NCBI GenBank assembly: GCA_017399945.1
Contig: JAFQAQ010000004.1
Span: 199,022 to 263,021, forward strand
DNA from: Clostridia bacterium
GTDB lineage: Bacteria; Bacillota; Clostridia; Christensenellales; Borkfalkiaceae
DNA: 64,000 nucleotides
Direction: 5' to 3'
A model generated the notes under the pieces. That model searched no databases. It was given only the letters and a program-made list of their open reading frames with translations, and was not told the DNA's origin. The stretch's first letter is position 1; the number at the start of each line of letters is the position of its first letter. The position numbers and the translations under genes were made by a program. Below are positions 33,689 to 43,285 of this stretch, one piece after another.

Positions 33689-34390
33689 TTATTGCTGATA
33701 ACTACTGCCAGAATATTCGTTCCCCATCGTATACGGAAGGGAAAATTCTTGGTCTAAATCAAAGTTTTCGGCATTTTCATACGCTGAAAGTTTACTGATA
33801 GATACTTCGTAAGCAGTCATAGTTTTTATTTCGCTATCGTCTAGGCGTTTTTGGTATTCTCTACTTTGTATTCTGCCGGATATCACTATCTTTTCGCCTA
33901 CTTCTAGGTTTTGGGCAAAACGCGCGTTTCTCCCCCATGCAATACACGGAATATAATCGGATTTGTTATAAGAACGGTTTACTGCAATTAGTATATCGGC
34001 AATCTCTCTATTAAATGGAGTCGTTCTATAAACGGGTGGTTTGCAAACGTAGCCGGAGAGCACTATACAGTTAGGATTTTTTACGGTGGGAGAATCTAAC
34101 AACTCTCTAACGAACACGGTTAGCATGAGTTTGCTCTTTCCGTCCACCATTTTATTGTAGCTTCTAAACTGACCAAAAGCGTTAATTTTTACACCTACTT
34201 TTAGGTCTTTGTCGTTTATCAATCGTTCGGAGACGGTCACGGGTAAAACGTCTCCCTGTCCCGAAAGACGTTTTACTAAAACGTTCATTTCGTAAAAACC
34301 TTCGCCGTATACCTCGTGCGAAAACTCAGCGTCCGTCACTATTTCCCCACTGATAAACACTCTGTTGTTCTTTTCGGTTAAATTGTTCAT
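33689..34390 (-). CDS. single-stranded DNA-binding-like protein with two tandem OB folds
   Basis: The start is moved to the ATG at 34390 (GGAGG 8 nt upstream), because the track start is a TTG inside the RBS. Two SSB-like OB segments (RVFISGEIV... and CIVLSGYVCKPP...) and an acidic FDLDQEF segment near the C-terminus. Confidence 0.55.
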   Translation of the reverse strand: MNNLTEKNNRVFISGEIVTDAEFSHEVYGEGFYEMNVLVKRLSGQGDVLPVTVSERLINDKDLKVGVKINAFGQFRSYNKMVDGKSKLMLTVFVRELLDSPTVKNPNCIVLSGYVCKPPVYRTTPFNREIADILIAVNRSYNKSDYIPCIAWGRNARFAQNLEVGEKIVISGRIQSREYQKRLDDSEIKTMTAYEVSISKLSAYENAENFDLDQEFSLPYTMGNEYSGSSYQQ

Positions 34391-34413
34391 ATATATTTCC
34401 TCCAATGAATTTC

Positions 34414-35178
34414 CTAAGAATTTTTTACTTGGCCACCGTCTGCGCTCATATAAAAGTTATCTTTATATATAAGTTCTCCAATAGTTACGAAGGTATAACC
34501 CTCTTCTTTTAACTCGTCTATGATACTCGGAAGGGCTTGCGCCGTATGTAATCCTTGGTTATGAAATAGCACGATTGAGCCGTTTTTTACCCTTTTTATT
34601 ACCCTTTCTTTTATCTGACTTGAAGATAAATCTTTCCAATCAAGACTGTCTACGTCCCATTGAATTACGTATAGACCAAGTTCCTTTGCAGTAGTTATCA
34701 CTAGGTCGTTATACTCCCCGTACGGTGGACGAAATAACGTGGGTGTTATACCCGTTACCTCGCTTATCGCTTTGCTTGAAGTGGTTAACTCGTTTATAAT
34801 AGATTGCTTGGATAACTTAGACATGTGTGGGTGGGTTGCCGAGTGAGTGCCAATCTCATGCCCGTATTCGCTTATCTTTTTTAGGTATTCGGGATATTTC
34901 TTACTCCAAAATTCTACGGTGAAAAAGGTGCATTTTATTCCCTTTTCTTGCATTACGTCTAGCAGGGTTTGAGTGTAATCTACGCCCCACGCACAATCAA
35001 AGGATATGGCTATCTTCTTTTGGTCGGTTTTTACGTAATAAATTGGCAGTTGTCTATTGGCTTTTGCGTAAAAGGTTGAATAAAGACCACTGCCAGACAT
35101 TATTAAACAACATACTATACCAACCACCGTTATTAAAGCCGTTGGCGTAAGCTGTTTTTTTGTGAAAGTAAAATACAT
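34414..35178 (-). CDS. polysaccharide deacetylase (NodB homology domain)
   Basis: 254 aa. N-terminal TM, FDCAWG, and the TFF...HSATHPHM motifs of the CE4 family. Confidence 0.8.
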   Translation of the reverse strand: MYFTFTKKQLTPTALITVVGIVCCLIMSGSGLYSTFYAKANRQLPIYYVKTDQKKIAISFDCAWGVDYTQTLLDVMQEKGIKCTFFTVEFWSKKYPEYLKKISEYGHEIGTHSATHPHMSKLSKQSIINELTTSSKAISEVTGITPTLFRPPYGEYNDLVITTAKELGLYVIQWDVDSLDWKDLSSSQIKERVIKRVKNGSIVLFHNQGLHTAQALPSIIDELKEEGYTFVTIGELIYKDNFYMSADGGQVKNS

Positions 35179-35310
35179 TATAAGTTACCTAAGGCGGTAT
35201 ATTTTATCGTATTTTGCCGAAAAGCGTCGTAAAATACAAAAAACGCCCTTTAGGATAATGTATTATCCAAAAGACGTTTTTATGCTTTTAATTTTTATTA
35301 TACTTATGGT

Positions 35311-35349
35311 AAAATCCAACGCACCTTGCGTTACGCAAGGTGCGTTTGG
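35311..35349 (-). terminator. intrinsic terminator downstream of the rubrerythrin gene
   Basis: CCAACGCACCTTGCG-TTA-CGCAAGGTGCGTTTGG, an approximately 15-bp stem. A U-run follows on the minus strand (plus AAAAT at 35311-35315). Confidence 0.8.
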
Positions 35350-35377
35350 TATTTTTAAGAAGAGAAAAAAAAGGTTA

Positions 35378-35923
35378 TTATTTTTTGAAGTATCTGTTTA
35401 GCAAGCCTTCGAACGCTTTGCCGTGACGCGCTTCATCCCTAGCCATTTCGTGTACGGTATCGTGAATTGCGTCAAGGTTAAGTTCTTTTGCACGTTTTGC
35501 TAGTTCAAACTTACCTAAGGTTGCGCCGTTTTCAGCTTCTATTCTCATTTCTAAGTTCTTTTTGGTAGAATCAGTTACTACTTCGCCCAAAAGTTCAGCA
35601 AATTTTGCTGCGTGTTCAGCTTCTTCGTAAGCAGCTTTTTCCCAATACAAACCGATTTCGGGATAGCCTTCTCTATGAGCAACCCTTGCCATTGCAAGAT
35701 ACATACCAACTTCGGTGCATTCGCCGGTAAAGTTCATTCTAAGTCCTTCGATAATTTCAGGATCAACACCCTTTGCCACGCCTACTACGTGTTCAGCCGC
35801 CCAACTTCTTTCGCCTGCTTGTTCGCTAAATTTAGAAGCAGGTGCTTTGCAAGTGGGGCAAAAATCGGGAGCAGTATCCCCTTCGTGAACGTATCCGCAA
35901 ATGTTACATACAAATTTTTTCAT
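35378..35923 (-). CDS. reverse rubrerythrin (N-terminal rubredoxin-like CxxC...CxxC plus a ferritin-like diiron domain)
   Basis: 181 aa. CNICGY...CPTC lies at the N-terminus, followed by E...EEAEH and E...DEARH diiron motifs. Confidence 0.85.
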   Translation of the reverse strand: MKKFVCNICGYVHEGDTAPDFCPTCKAPASKFSEQAGERSWAAEHVVGVAKGVDPEIIEGLRMNFTGECTEVGMYLAMARVAHREGYPEIGLYWEKAAYEEAEHAAKFAELLGEVVTDSTKKNLEMRIEAENGATLGKFELAKRAKELNLDAIHDTVHEMARDEARHGKAFEGLLNRYFKK

Positions 35924-35966
35924 AATAATTCTCCTTTCAATTATATATATAATATTTTTTTATTTT

Positions 35967-36332
35967 TTATCTTTTACAATCACTACATTTACCGTAATAA
36001 AAACACTTTTCCGAACTAACGCTAAGCCCCATATTTTCTAGTAACTCATGCGAGTGCGCGCTTTCAAACAAGTCTATTATCTTGCCACAATCTTCACATA
36101 TAAAATGACTGTGTATAGATAAATCCCCATCGTAATGTATTTTTTTATCCGAAGTTTCTAAGGTAACTAACCTACCTTCGTCCGCAAGAAGTTTAAGATT
36201 GCGATATACCGTGCCAAGACTGATATTCGGCTCTATCTCTCTTGCAGATAAATATATGGCATCTGCCGTCGGATGATCTTTCCTGCCCGACACGATATCG
36301 GCAACAAGTTCTCTTTGACGCGAAAATCTCAT
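35967..36332 (-). CDS. Fur family transcriptional repressor (PerR-like by context)
   Basis: 121 aa. A winged-helix N-terminus (ISLGTVYRNLKLL), HSHFICEDCGKI and CSDCK zinc motifs. It is immediately upstream of the rubrerythrin gene. Confidence 0.8.
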   Translation of the reverse strand: MRFSRQRELVADIVSGRKDHPTADAIYLSAREIEPNISLGTVYRNLKLLADEGRLVTLETSDKKIHYDGDLSIHSHFICEDCGKIIDLFESAHSHELLENMGLSVSSEKCFYYGKCSDCKR

Positions 36333-36354
36333 CTTATATCTCCCTAAAAAAATA

Positions 36355-36373
36355 AATAGTAATGATTACTATT
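36355..36373. promoter_or_regulatory. Fur/PerR-box-like 9-1-9 palindrome AATAGTAAT-G-ATTACTATT (candidate autoregulatory operator)
   Basis: A perfect inverted repeat centred on 36364. It abuts the -10 box and lies 22 nt upstream of the fur-family start codon. Confidence 0.55.
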
Positions 36374-36402
36374 ATTATAATTAAAGTTGATAATTTTGTC
36401 AA
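36374..36402 (-). promoter_or_regulatory. consensus promoter TTGACA-17-TATAAT of the fur-family/rubrerythrin operon
   Basis: On the minus strand, TTGACA is at 36402-36397, the spacer is 17 nt and TATAAT is at 36379-36374. Confidence 0.65.
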
Positions 36403-36461
36403 GAGTTTTTTAAAAATTTTTTTACGTTTTTTATAAAAAGATTTAGTTTGTATTTTTACAT

Positions 36462-36491
36462 AAAAAACCACGCGTTTTTGCGTGGTTTTTT
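36462..36491. terminator. bidirectional intrinsic terminator downstream of fumC
   Basis: AAAAAA-CCACGC-GTTTTT-GCGTGG-TTTTTT. Confidence 0.8.
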
Positions 36492-36513
36492 GTTTGTTTA
36501 TGCAGTTTTATAA

Positions 36514-37890
36514 TTAAACCATATTTTCGGGATGAAAGATTTGGTCGAATTTTTCTTCGGTTAAAAGACCAAGTTTTACGCACGCTTGCTTTAAGGTTAA
36601 GTTTTCCTTAAAGGCAAGTTTTGCCGTTTTTGCGCAGTTTTCGTAACCTATATACGGACTTAGCGCAGTTACCAGCATAAGCGACTTATCTAAATTTTCT
36701 TGCATTTTGGGTTGATTTGGTTTAATACCTACGGCGCAGTTTTTGTTGAACGAATCAACGGCTTGCGCTAGTAGTCTTACCGATTGCAAAAAGTTGTATA
36801 TACATACCGGCATAAAGACGTTTAGTTCAAAATTGCCTTGCGATGCCGAAATGGAAACTGCCGTGTCGTTTGCCATTACTTGAACGGCAACCATGGTTAA
36901 CGCTTCGCATTGGGTTGGGTTTACTTTACCCGGCATAATCGAAGAGCCCGGTTCGTTTTCGGGAATGGTTATTTCACCAAGTCCCGTGCGTGGGCCACTT
37001 GCAAGCCATCTTACGTCGTTTGCTATTTTCATTAAGTCTACTGCCAAGGCTTTTATTGCGCCGTGTGCGTTTACTAATTCGCTTTTTGACGATAAGGAGT
37101 GGAATTTATTGGGTGCAGTTACAAAAGATAACCCTAGCATGCTTGAAATTTCTTGCGCAACGAGTTTACCAAAATCCTTAGGTGCGTTTAGTCCCGTACC
37201 TACTGCCGTTGCGCCGAGCGCTAGTTGCATTAATGGAGATAACGCGTTTTGTATCATCAATTTATCTTGCTGTAAACTAGCGCGCCAACCACTTATTTCT
37301 TGGGCAAAAGTTATTGGAGTTGCGTCCTGTAAATGCGTTCTTCCACATTTTATTATCCCTTGGTTTTGATTTTCTAAGTGGATAAAGGTTTGTATTAATT
37401 GGTCTAATTTTACTAGTAATTCACGTTCTATCGATAAAACCGCCGATATATGCATTGCAGTTGGAAAGGTATCGTTAGAAGATTGGCTCATATTAACGTC
37501 GTCGTTGGGGTGCAAAAGGGGTTCACCCAATATCTCGTTACCTCTGTTTGCAATAACTTCGTTAACGTTCATATTACTTTGAGTACCCGAACCCGTTTGG
37601 AATACCACCAAAGGAAACTCCCCGTCTAGTTTGCCCGATAAAATTTCTTCGCAAACGCTAACGATTGCGTTTAGTTTTTTCTCGGTCATTTTTTGGGGTT
37701 GTAGTTTAAAATTGGTTATTGCCGCCGCCTTTTTTAGTATTGCAAAGGCGCGTATAATCTCGATAGGCATAACTTCCTTGCCGTATCCTATCTTAAAATT
37801 TTGTAAACTTCTTTGAGTTTGCGCTCCCCAATAACGTTCTTTTGGTACTTGTATTTCTCCCATAGAATCACGTTCTATACGATACTGCAT
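36514..37890 (-). CDS. fumC: class II fumarate hydratase
   Basis: The start is moved to the ATG at 37890 (GGAG 6 nt upstream). It carries WGAQTQRS, the GSSIMPGKVNPTQCE signature and SSNDTFPTA. Confidence 0.88.
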   Translation of the reverse strand: MQYRIERDSMGEIQVPKERYWGAQTQRSLQNFKIGYGKEVMPIEIIRAFAILKKAAAITNFKLQPQKMTEKKLNAIVSVCEEILSGKLDGEFPLVVFQTGSGTQSNMNVNEVIANRGNEILGEPLLHPNDDVNMSQSSNDTFPTAMHISAVLSIERELLVKLDQLIQTFIHLENQNQGIIKCGRTHLQDATPITFAQEISGWRASLQQDKLMIQNALSPLMQLALGATAVGTGLNAPKDFGKLVAQEISSMLGLSFVTAPNKFHSLSSKSELVNAHGAIKALAVDLMKIANDVRWLASGPRTGLGEITIPENEPGSSIMPGKVNPTQCEALTMVAVQVMANDTAVSISASQGNFELNVFMPVCIYNFLQSVRLLAQAVDSFNKNCAVGIKPNQPKMQENLDKSLMLVTALSPYIGYENCAKTAKLAFKENLTLKQACVKLGLLTEEKFDQIFHPENMV

Positions 37891-37955
37891 ATTTATCTCC
37901 AAAAATTTTATCTTTAGTTTATTTTAACAAATTAACTTGCTTTTGTAAACAGTTT

Positions 37956-39206
37956 TTATACGCCCTTCTTTCTTGCTAGTTCGCAGTTGTCTAATTTTCT
38001 ATCACGCAAGGTCTTTTCTGGGTTTTGCGAACTCTCGTAGCGATAATCACTGCCAAATTTTGAGATATGCTTGTCTATTACCGCGTGACTTGCCACCGTG
38101 CTTGGCTGTGAGTTTACCTTGCTTTGATATTTGAAAAAGTCTGCCGAGTCTGGAAGAGAGTTGATATCGACCACGGTATCTTTATATCCCGTGTATCTAA
38201 CTTGCTTGTCTATAACGTTTCTAATATAGTCCTTGTTAGATTGCAGTTTTATAAGCGCAGGGAAATCCGCCCCACCCACGAACAGTTGTTGCCAATCCCT
38301 ACCTTCGTATTTATATAATACTTCGCTTGCTATTTTAAGGTGTTTTATTTCTTCTTCAAAATGCTCTAACCAAATTTCCTTAATTCTTTCGTCCGACTCG
38401 TCTTGATAGCAAGACCAATACAAATAACATTCGGTATATTCGTGCATTACCCAACTTTCTAGCCACGTGCAAGATGGGTCCATAAGCGAGCCGTAGCCGG
38501 TTACGTGTTGTTCTTCTATCATGGCTATTTCCGTGTAGAGTTTTCTGCCTTGTTCACTATGATATAAGTTTGCAACGTTCATATAATAGTTCATCGTTTG
38601 TTGTTCCGCAGCGGTGATTATGCCCGTGTGTAATCTAGTGATTAACTCGTCTTGCCAGCAGTTTATATATCTTCTAACGTCGTCGTTGGGGTGACGATGC
38701 TCTGAAATAGTGGGACGAGCGGGGGTGATTTCGGTGTATTTACCAACCAACCTTTCTGCGTGAACGCCCTCGTCCATTTCGATAAGGTTTGCGTATCTAT
38801 ACAAATGGTCAAAGTCTTCTAAAAGGGCAAAATCTAGTTGTTGTTTAACAAAACCGTTAGGCTCTTTTTTAGCCATGTCGGCAGTTAAATCAACGGCTAG
38901 TTGCTCGTATGCTATGGTGGTTTCTAGTATGGTTTCGTTGATTGGTTTAAGACTTGCTATGCGTTTTTGTTGTTGTTGTTCGCTCCTTCTAACTTCGGCT
39001 GCTATTCTACGAATTTCGTTGTTTAAACAATGCCTGTTGAGTTGGTGTAAAAACATATTAGACTCAAACTCAGTGCCGTTCATTAATATTACCCTTGTTT
39101 TAAGGTAGGGGGACGCTGTGTTCTTGTCGTAAGGTTTTAGGCAAAGATTTTTCCAGTTATAAACTTTTACTTGCCCGTTTTTTGGTAGTTGGGAAAATGG
39201 ATTCAT
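37956..39206 (-). CDS. hypothetical ferritin-like (diiron-type ExxH motifs) protein
   Basis: 416 aa. Contains LEDFDHLYRY, MIEEQHVTGY and EEEIKHLK motifs. No closer family was recognised by eye. Confidence 0.35.
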   Translation of the reverse strand: MNPFSQLPKNGQVKVYNWKNLCLKPYDKNTASPYLKTRVILMNGTEFESNMFLHQLNRHCLNNEIRRIAAEVRRSEQQQQKRIASLKPINETILETTIAYEQLAVDLTADMAKKEPNGFVKQQLDFALLEDFDHLYRYANLIEMDEGVHAERLVGKYTEITPARPTISEHRHPNDDVRRYINCWQDELITRLHTGIITAAEQQTMNYYMNVANLYHSEQGRKLYTEIAMIEEQHVTGYGSLMDPSCTWLESWVMHEYTECYLYWSCYQDESDERIKEIWLEHFEEEIKHLKIASEVLYKYEGRDWQQLFVGGADFPALIKLQSNKDYIRNVIDKQVRYTGYKDTVVDINSLPDSADFFKYQSKVNSQPSTVASHAVIDKHISKFGSDYRYESSQNPEKTLRDRKLDNCELARKKGV

Positions 39207-39263
39207 AAAAATATCTCCTTATAAAAATTTTATATGATTATTTCCCAAACGCATTTTTTTATA

Positions 39264-39293
39264 CGAAAAAACTCCGTCCTATTTTGGACGGAG
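39264..39293 (-). terminator. intrinsic terminator downstream of malQ
   Basis: CTCCGTCC-TATTTT-GGACGGAG, with a U-run on the minus strand (plus AAAAAA at 39265-39270). Confidence 0.75.
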
Positions 39294-39306
39294 TAATTTT
39301 TTATTT

Positions 39307-40803
39307 TTATCTGCCGTATTTTTTGGTTAACGTTAAAAGTCTATCAGATAACCAGAAGTTGAACTCCCCTTCTTCAAAACGAATAGTCCAGTTTTCATTT
39401 TTAACCGTGCCCGGTTCGTTTATTCTATAATCGCCGTACTTAAAGCATATATCTTGCATGGGCATTATAAATAGTTTTGCCTTGCTGTTTAGCCCAAGTT
39501 CTATTATCGCCTGACAAAGAGAATAATCGTCGGTAACCGTTAAAGGCATCTTTAAGGTTTTTAAGGAGTTTTGCACTCCGTTTATAAGGTTTGTTTTATC
39601 CCACTCGCTTATAGTGGCGATAAGTCCCATCAAAGTGTCGTTATCGTGCGTACCCGTGTAGCATAACGCGTTTACCGGTAGGTTTTGTGGTAAATACAAG
39701 TTATCAGGTTGTCCGTCGAAAGCAAAGGATAAAACTTTCATACCGGGGTATCCGACCTCTTTAAGAAGTTTTCTTACTCCGTCGTCTATAATACCTAAAT
39801 CTTCGGCTATAATTTTCCTTTTATCCACTTTTTTATGAATAGCATCAAAAAGTTTTTTGCTTGGAACGTCTATCCACTTTCCGTCTTTTGCGTTGGGCGC
39901 TGTCGGCTCAACTTCGTAATACCTATCAAGTCCACGGAAATGGTCTATTCTTACGTAATCGTATATAGTAAGCGCTTTTTCTATACGTTCAGCCCACCAA
40001 GTAAACCCTCGTTTTTGGTGGTAAGCGTAATCGTATACGGGGTTACCCCAAAGTTGACCGTCCTGACAAAAATAGTCGGGAGGAACGCCTGCAACCTTTT
40101 TTGGCAAAAGGTCGTCGTCTAGTTTATATAGTTTGGGATTTGCCCACACGTCCACGCTATCTAAGGCAACGTATAACGGAAGATCGCCTATAATGCTTAT
40201 TCCTTTTTCGTTTGCGTACGATTTTACCTTAGACCATTGTTCGCTTGCTATAAACTGCAAAAACTGCCAAAACAAAACTTTATCTTGGTTTTGTTTTACG
40301 AATAGATTAATAGCTTTTTTGTTTCTAAACTTATATTGGTCTTCCCAATCGGTAAAGTCGGTATAATCGTGGTTTTCCTTTAACGCCATAAAAATTGCGT
40401 AGTCGGTAAATTCGCCTTTTTCTACGAATTGGTTAAAAGATTGGTTCGTTTTGTCAAAACGAGAAAAAGCAAGACGTAATAAGGGGTATCTTATTTTATA
40501 TAAAAATTCGTAATCTACCCTTCCGTGCGGACGATAACTAGTTTTTGCTTCTTCGTTAGTTAAAAGACCTTCTTTTACCAGTTGGTCTAAACTTATATAA
40601 TAAGGACTTATAGACGTTGAACAAACGGACGAATAGGGAGAGTTGCCGTATCCCGTTTGTACCAAGGGTAAAATTTGCCAATATCTTTGACCTGAACGAC
40701 TTAAAAAGTCTATAAAATTGTAACAACCCTTACCAAAATCACCTATGCCGTAATCGGACGGCAAGGAAAATATCGGTAAGAGTATTCCACTGCTCTTTTT
40801 CAT
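39307..40803 (-). CDS. malQ: 4-alpha-glucanotransferase (amylomaltase, GH77)
   Basis: 498 aa. GILLPIFSLPS, GDLPLYVALDSVDVW, RIDHFRG and GTHDNDT motifs. Confidence 0.88.
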   Translation of the reverse strand: MKKSSGILLPIFSLPSDYGIGDFGKGCYNFIDFLSRSGQRYWQILPLVQTGYGNSPYSSVCSTSISPYYISLDQLVKEGLLTNEEAKTSYRPHGRVDYEFLYKIRYPLLRLAFSRFDKTNQSFNQFVEKGEFTDYAIFMALKENHDYTDFTDWEDQYKFRNKKAINLFVKQNQDKVLFWQFLQFIASEQWSKVKSYANEKGISIIGDLPLYVALDSVDVWANPKLYKLDDDLLPKKVAGVPPDYFCQDGQLWGNPVYDYAYHQKRGFTWWAERIEKALTIYDYVRIDHFRGLDRYYEVEPTAPNAKDGKWIDVPSKKLFDAIHKKVDKRKIIAEDLGIIDDGVRKLLKEVGYPGMKVLSFAFDGQPDNLYLPQNLPVNALCYTGTHDNDTLMGLIATISEWDKTNLINGVQNSLKTLKMPLTVTDDYSLCQAIIELGLNSKAKLFIMPMQDICFKYGDYRINEPGTVKNENWTIRFEEGEFNFWLSDRLLTLTKKYGR

Positions 40804-40805
40804 TT

Positions 40806-41543
40806 TTATAAAGTAAATCCACCGTCTATTACTATACTTTCACCGGTGATAAAGCCTGCGTCGTCACTCGATAGGTATAGGGCTAGTTTTGCCACTTCTT
40901 GTGGGGAACATACCCTTCCTATCGGTGTTGACGAGATTATTTGAGTCATTTCTTCCTTAGTAAACGCAGAGTTCATAGGAGTATCTACCACCCCCGGACA
41001 TATGCAGTTTACTGTAATTTGGTTACTTGCAACTTCTTGCGCAAGTGATTTTGCCATGCCTATAAGGGCGAATTTGCTTGCCGAATACAAAGATTCCATG
41101 CAAGCGCCTTTTACACCCCATATTGACGATATAAAGATTATTCTTCCGTAACAATTAGATTGCATTTTAGGTAGCAAATATTTGCATAGCAAAAATGCCG
41201 AGCGTACGTTTACGTTAAATATATCTTGAAACTCTCGTTCAGTGGTGTCGGTTAAAAGTTTATAGGTGTCTATACCTGCGTTGCATATTAAAACGGATAC
41301 GCTTTTAACGTTTTTTAATACCGTATCGCAGAATTCTTGCACTTTTCCGTCAACCAAAAAATCCGATTGCACGGCAAAAAATCGTTCGGCTAAGCCTTTT
41401 GATAAAAGTTCTTTTTCAAGTTCTTCTATTCGGTCTTTGCCACGATTATATTGCCCTATTACAAAATAACCTTCACTTAGATAGGTCTTAGCTAGTTGTG
41501 AGCCTATGCCACCACTTACGCCCGTTATTACTGCCGTTTTCAA
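40806..41543 (-). CDS. SDR family oxidoreductase (FabG-like)
   Basis: ITGVSGGIGSQLA, NAG and YSASKFA motifs. Confidence 0.8.
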   Translation of the reverse strand: MKTAVITGVSGGIGSQLAKTYLSEGYFVIGQYNRGKDRIEELEKELLSKGLAERFFAVQSDFLVDGKVQEFCDTVLKNVKSVSVLICNAGIDTYKLLTDTTEREFQDIFNVNVRSAFLLCKYLLPKMQSNCYGRIIFISSIWGVKGACMESLYSASKFALIGMAKSLAQEVASNQITVNCICPGVVDTPMNSAFTKEEMTQIISSTPIGRVCSPQEVAKLALYLSSDDAGFITGESIVIDGGFTL

Positions 41544-41552
41544 TTTCGCTCC

Positions 41553-41585
41553 TAAAAACTATACCCGCAAGTTAATGCGGGTATA
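41553..41585 (-). terminator. intrinsic terminator downstream of efp
   Basis: TATACCCGC-AAGTTAAT-GCGGGTATA, with a short U-run on the minus strand. Confidence 0.6.
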
Positions 41586-41591
41586 AACGAT

Positions 41592-42152
41592 TTAGCCTTT
41601 AACTCTTTCCATGTATTCGCCCGTTCTGGTGTCAACTCTGATGAGTTCGCCTTCGTTAACGAACATTGGAACTTGGATTTTTGCGCCCGTTTCTAATATG
41701 GCTTCCTTAGTTGCGTTGGTTGCAGTGTTGCCCTTTACCGAAGGATCGGATTGGGTTACTCTTAATACAACGAAGTTTTCGCAATCTACTGAGAACGCCG
41801 AGCCCTTAAAGAACTTAACGATAACGGGATCGTTTTCCTTAATGTATAAAAGCGCGTCTTCTACTTGTTCGTAGTTCAATGGAATTAGGTTGTATTCTTG
41901 GTCCATAAAGTAGTAAAGTTCGCCGTCGGTGTAAGAATAGGTCATATTCTTGGTTTCAATAACTGCTTCTTGAACTTTTTCGGTGGGGTTCCAAGTTTTT
42001 TCTAAAACTGCACCGGTAATAACGTTCTTCATTTTGGTTCTAACGAACGCTGCGCCCTTGCCGGGTTTTACGTGTTGGAAATCCACGATGGTGTAAACGC
42101 CACTTTCATATTCGAAGGTTACGCCTTTTCTAAAATCGCCTGCTGTTATCAT
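41592..42152 (-). CDS. efp: elongation factor P
   Basis: 186 aa. [19 protein letters not shown] loop region. Confidence 0.93.
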   Translation of the reverse strand: MITAGDFRKGVTFEYESGVYTIVDFQHVKPGKGAAFVRTKMKNVITGAVLEKTWNPTEKVQEAVIETKNMTYSYTDGELYYFMDQEYNLIPLNYEQVEDALLYIKENDPVIVKFFKGSAFSVDCENFVVLRVTQSDPSVKGNTATNATKEAILETGAKIQVPMFVNEGELIRVDTRTGEYMERVKG

Positions 42153-42207
42153 ATTGTTTCTCCTAAAAAATGTTTTTCTTGTTTATTTAATCCCTAAGGA
42201 TATTTGC

Positions 42208-43248
42208 CTAAATTATCAATAGTTTTCTTCCATCGCCCGTAAGCGAGATTACTCCGTTTTCGGTTAAAACGACGGTGTTTTCTATACGAATACCAAACTT
42301 GTCTTTATAATAAAGTCCCGGTTCTATGGTAAAGGGAACGCTTTTGCTTATACTGCCTTTACCTTTGGGGGATAAAAAGGGTTTTTCATGTATTTCTAGT
42401 CCCAAACCGTGACCTAGCGAGTGGGTGAAGTATTCATCTACACCAAAACTCTTAAAATAGTTTCTTGCGTAAGAATCGGCTTTTTTGCAACTAGTTCCCT
42501 CTTTAATTTTGTTTTGCGCCACAAGATTTGCTTTTGCAACTAAGTTAAAAGTGTTTTCAAACTCGGCGTTAGGTTTTCCATAAAAGAAAGTCCTAGTAAT
42601 ATCCGAGCAGTAGCCGTTTACTTTACAACCCCAATCGATAAGTATGGGTTGGTTGCGTTTTAGTTTGGTATCCCCCGTTTCGTGATGAGGAACCGCCGTG
42701 TTCTTACCAAAAGCAACTATGGTAGAAAAACTCTCGCCCTCAGCGCCAAGTTTTTTCATTGCGTTAACGAGTCTGTTTTTTACAGCCCTTTCGGTAACGC
42801 CGGCTTTTATATAAGGTAAAGTCATATAAAAGGCTTTTTGGGCGATATCGCACGCTGTTTTTATATTTTCTAATTCTAAACTGCTTTTAACCTGTCTTAT
42901 TTTACCTATGAGTTTACTGCCGTCTACTACCTTTATACCCGTTTTTTTATAACGTTTATACTCGGCAACTGAAATCGACTGGTAATCAATATAAAGTTTT
43001 CGTGCGTTTTTTGAGGCTAAGTATTCTTTAATAGACTCAAAAGACTTCATTACCATTGGTGTTACCAAGGAATTTTTAGTTTTTTGTTCTAGTATATCGT
43101 AACTTCTTAAATCGGCGAAGTACACGGTTTTAGACCTAGTTATAATAACCACGCCTTCTTCGTGTTCTATACCCGAAAAATACCTTCTGTTAAAAGCGTC
43201 CGTAACGAGAATTGCCTCGCCTTCTAATAAAAAATCTAAATGATTCAT
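42208..43248 (-). CDS. M24 family Xaa-Pro aminopeptidase
   Basis: 346 aa. DWGCKVNGYCSDITRT, HSLGHGLGLEIHE and EPGLY metal-ligand motifs. Confidence 0.85.
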   Translation of the reverse strand: MNHLDFLLEGEAILVTDAFNRRYFSGIEHEEGVVIITRSKTVYFADLRSYDILEQKTKNSLVTPMVMKSFESIKEYLASKNARKLYIDYQSISVAEYKRYKKTGIKVVDGSKLIGKIRQVKSSLELENIKTACDIAQKAFYMTLPYIKAGVTERAVKNRLVNAMKKLGAEGESFSTIVAFGKNTAVPHHETGDTKLKRNQPILIDWGCKVNGYCSDITRTFFYGKPNAEFENTFNLVAKANLVAQNKIKEGTSCKKADSYARNYFKSFGVDEYFTHSLGHGLGLEIHEKPFLSPKGKGSISKSVPFTIEPGLYYKDKFGIRIENTVVLTENGVISLTGDGRKLLII

Positions 43249-43285
43249 TTATCTACTTATATCTTAACAAATTTTTGCGTTTAAG

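Noticed and set aside
35162-35401. 79-aa plus-strand ORF in the pda-rubrerythrin intergenic region.
   Set aside because: It spans a strong terminator hairpin (35316-35349) and overlaps both neighbouring gene ends. It has no RBS, so it is likely non-coding.
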